DNA of 64,000 nt, from assembly GCA_963774265.1 (NCBI GenBank), contig CAVZDU010000009.1, positions 32,001-96,000 on the forward strand. Reading direction: 5' to 3'. This DNA comes from an uncultured Chloroflexia bacterium (GTDB lineage Bacteria; Chloroflexota; Anaerolineae; CG2-30-64-16). Within the stretch, counting starts at the first letter, position 1. Each line of letters opens with the position of its first letter. Positions 61,903-64,000 of this stretch are shown here, in pieces. The translations under genes were made by a program, and so were the position numbers. The notes under the pieces were generated by a model. The model worked only from the letters and a program-made list of their open reading frames with translations. It searched no databases and had not been told where the DNA came from.

Positions 61903-62760
61903 GTGTATCAGCGCAAAAACTCACCTATCGTCAACGCCTTGCTGTGGCTGGTGATCCTGGTCGCAACAGTTTGGTGCGTATTCCCCTTCTATTGGGCCTT
62001 GGTGACGTCGTTCAAGCCGCGCGAGGTCATCCTGACCCGCCCAGCGATCATCCCTTGGCTTGACTTCAAGCCGACCTTGTTCAACTGGGCCAACGAATTC
62101 GGCACTCGCTGGCCGGAGATCAGCACGGCGCGTTGGCCAACAGCCTGATCATCGCAATCGGCGCGTCAATCATTGCGGTCGGCCTCGGCACCATGGCCGG
62201 GTATGGGCTGGCCCGCTTCAAGTACCGGCGCTGGAACAACCGCAACCTGACCGTCTGGTTCCTTTCTCAGCGGTTCCTGCCGCCCGTGGTCACCGTGATT
62301 CCATTCTTCCTGTTGATCCAGGTTCTCGATCTGACCGATACACACCTGGCCTTGATCCTGGCAAACGCGACGTTCACCATGCCCTTCGCGGTGCTGAACG
62401 CTGCGGGACGTGTTCAAGGATCTGCCCATCGAGTTGGAGGAGTCGGCCTGGGTCGATGGCGCTTCGCCGTGGCAGGCGTTCTGGATGATCGCTCTGCCGT
62501 TGGCCGCGCCTGCGGTTGCTGCGGCCGCCGTCATCTGCTTTGCGTTCGCCTGGAACGAGTTCCTGTTCGGTCTGATCTTGAGCTATCAGAACGCACAACC
62601 GATTACCGTCATTATCGCCGGGATGGAGCACACCCAAGGCATCCAGTTCCACCAGGTAGCCACCCGCCTGTTGCTGGCCATCCTCCCGCCTGCGCTGCTG
62701 GCCCTGACCGCACAACGCTACATCGTGCGCGGCCTGACCTTCGGCGCAGTCAAAGGCTAA
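61903..62760 (+). CDS. Carbohydrate ABC transporter permease (MalG-like; frameshifted)
   Basis: NSLIIA..AGYGLAR, LPIELEESAWVDGAS, FAWNEFLF, RGLTFGAVKG. Confidence 0.85.
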
Positions 62761-62784
62761 ATGTAGGCGGTCAGAGGTTACGCT

Positions 62785-63906
62785 GTGACAAGAGACCTGA
62801 CGGCAGTGGTCGCAGGACACATCTGCCTGGACATCATTCCGCAGATCACCGGGATCACCCCGGAGCAGTTTCGCCAGAATTTCCAGCCGGGCCGGCTGAT
62901 GGTCGTTGGTCCGGCGGTCTTCGCAACCGGCGGCGCCGTGTCGAACACCGGGCTGGCCCTGGCTCGGCTGGGCATCGACGTCCGCCTGATGGGTAAGGTC
63001 GGCGACGATTTCATCGGCGAGATGATCCGCCAGATCGTCGACAACCGCAGCCCCGGGTCCGCGGCCGGCATGATCGTCGACCCCGCGGTCCACTCCTCCT
63101 ACACGGTCGTGATCAGCCCGCCCGGCATCGACCGCCTTTTTCTCCATGACCCGGGCGCAAACGACACGTTCACCGCTGACGACGTGCGCTACGGCGTGGT
63201 CGAGGCCGCCAGCCTGTTCCACTTCGGCTACCCGCCCCTCATGGCGCGCATGTTTTTGGACGATGGGATCGAGCTATCTGAGCTGGTTCGGCGTGCCAGG
63301 GCCACGGGCGTCACGACTTCACTCGACACCGCCGCGCCCGACCCGGCGGCCCCCGCGGGCCGTGCGAACTGGCCGCTGATCCTGCGCCGCGCCCTGCCGT
63401 ATGTCGATGCCTTCCTGCCCAGCGTCGAAGAATTGGTCTACATGCTGCACCGGCCTGAATACGACCGGCTGCAGGCCGAGACGGGCGGCGAACTGCTCGA
63501 TGCGGTGACGCCGGAGATGCTCCATGACCTGAGCGACGAGCTGCTGGCCCTGGGGCCAAAGGTGGTGGGCATCAAGCTCGGGCATCGCGGGTTCTACCTG
63601 CGCACCGCAGGCCGGGCCGCGCTGGCGGACATGGGCCGCGCCCGGCCGACAGCCCTCGACGCCTGGGCGGATCACGAATCGTGGGCGCCGTGCTTCCGGG
63701 TGGACGTCGTGGGCACCGCCGGCTCAGGCGATAGCGCGATCGCCGGGTTCCTGGCCGCGCTGCTGCGCGATCTCCCGCCGGACGAGGCGGTCACCATGGC
63801 CGTGGCGGTCGGCGCGTGCAATGTGGAGGCCGCGGACACCCTGAGCGGCGTGCGCACGTGGGATGAGACCCGCGCCCGCATCGCCGCCGGCTGGCCGCGG
63901 CGGTAG
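62785..63906 (+). CDS. PfkB family carbohydrate kinase
   Basis: TGGAVSNTGLALARLG, GKVGDD, VVGTAGSGDSAIAGFLAA. Confidence 0.88.
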   Translation: MTRDLTAVVAGHICLDIIPQITGITPEQFRQNFQPGRLMVVGPAVFATGGAVSNTGLALARLGIDVRLMGKVGDDFIGEMIRQIVDNRSPGSAAGMIVDPAVHSSYTVVISPPGIDRLFLHDPGANDTFTADDVRYGVVEAASLFHFGYPPLMARMFLDDGIELSELVRRARATGVTTSLDTAAPDPAAPAGRANWPLILRRALPYVDAFLPSVEELVYMLHRPEYDRLQAETGGELLDAVTPEMLHDLSDELLALGPKVVGIKLGHRGFYLRTAGRAALADMGRARPTALDAWADHESWAPCFRVDVVGTAGSGDSAIAGFLAALLRDLPPDEAVTMAVAVGACNVEAADTLSGVRTWDETRARIAAGWPRR

Positions 63907-64000
63907 GCCCAAGATCGACCGCAAAGCGCCTGGGATTTCAATCCCGGGCCTCCCACCGTTATAATCCACGCGTGTCCCGTTTCTTTGACGCCCGGCTGCT

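Overview
High-GC bacterial chromosomal window, inferred to be Chloroflexota/Anaerolineae-like from the C-terminal YLPxI tails, short-form EF-Ts and Pro/Ala-rich lipoprotein linkers. The assembly appears indel-rich, since even essential genes (rpsB, tsf, pyrH, frr, uppS) are frameshifted, so most split ORFs are treated as single genes. Layout: (1) 1-10.4 kb, cell-envelope genes (two GT4s, an O-antigen-ligase-like/TPR membrane protein, WecA/TagO, two cyclophilin genes, a VTT protein) and RNase Z. (2) 11.4-30.0 kb, an 18.6-kb minus-strand cluster of seven secreted modular proteins that looks like a cellulosome-type cohesin-dockerin complex built around phosphoesterases rather than glycoside hydrolases. 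It has four metallophosphoesterase-dockerin enzymes (two also carry a cohesin), one non-catalytic dockerin protein, a four-cohesin scaffoldin and a one-cohesin anchor; the last two end in a YLP tail. This is the standout finding. (3) 30.6-38.5 kb, rpsB-tsf-pyrH-frr-uppS-cdsA plus transporters. (4) 38.6-50.1 kb, accessory region with two toxin-antitoxin pairs, SulP, a RIO kinase behind an apparent attenuator, a GntR-SPFH unit and internally deleted pseudogenes. (5) 50.2-63.9 kb, LacI-controlled polyol/sugar utilisation locus with two ABC systems and a PfkB kinase. Several REP-like palindromes sit in frame inside coding sequences. All domain calls are by motif recognition by eye; no database searches were run.
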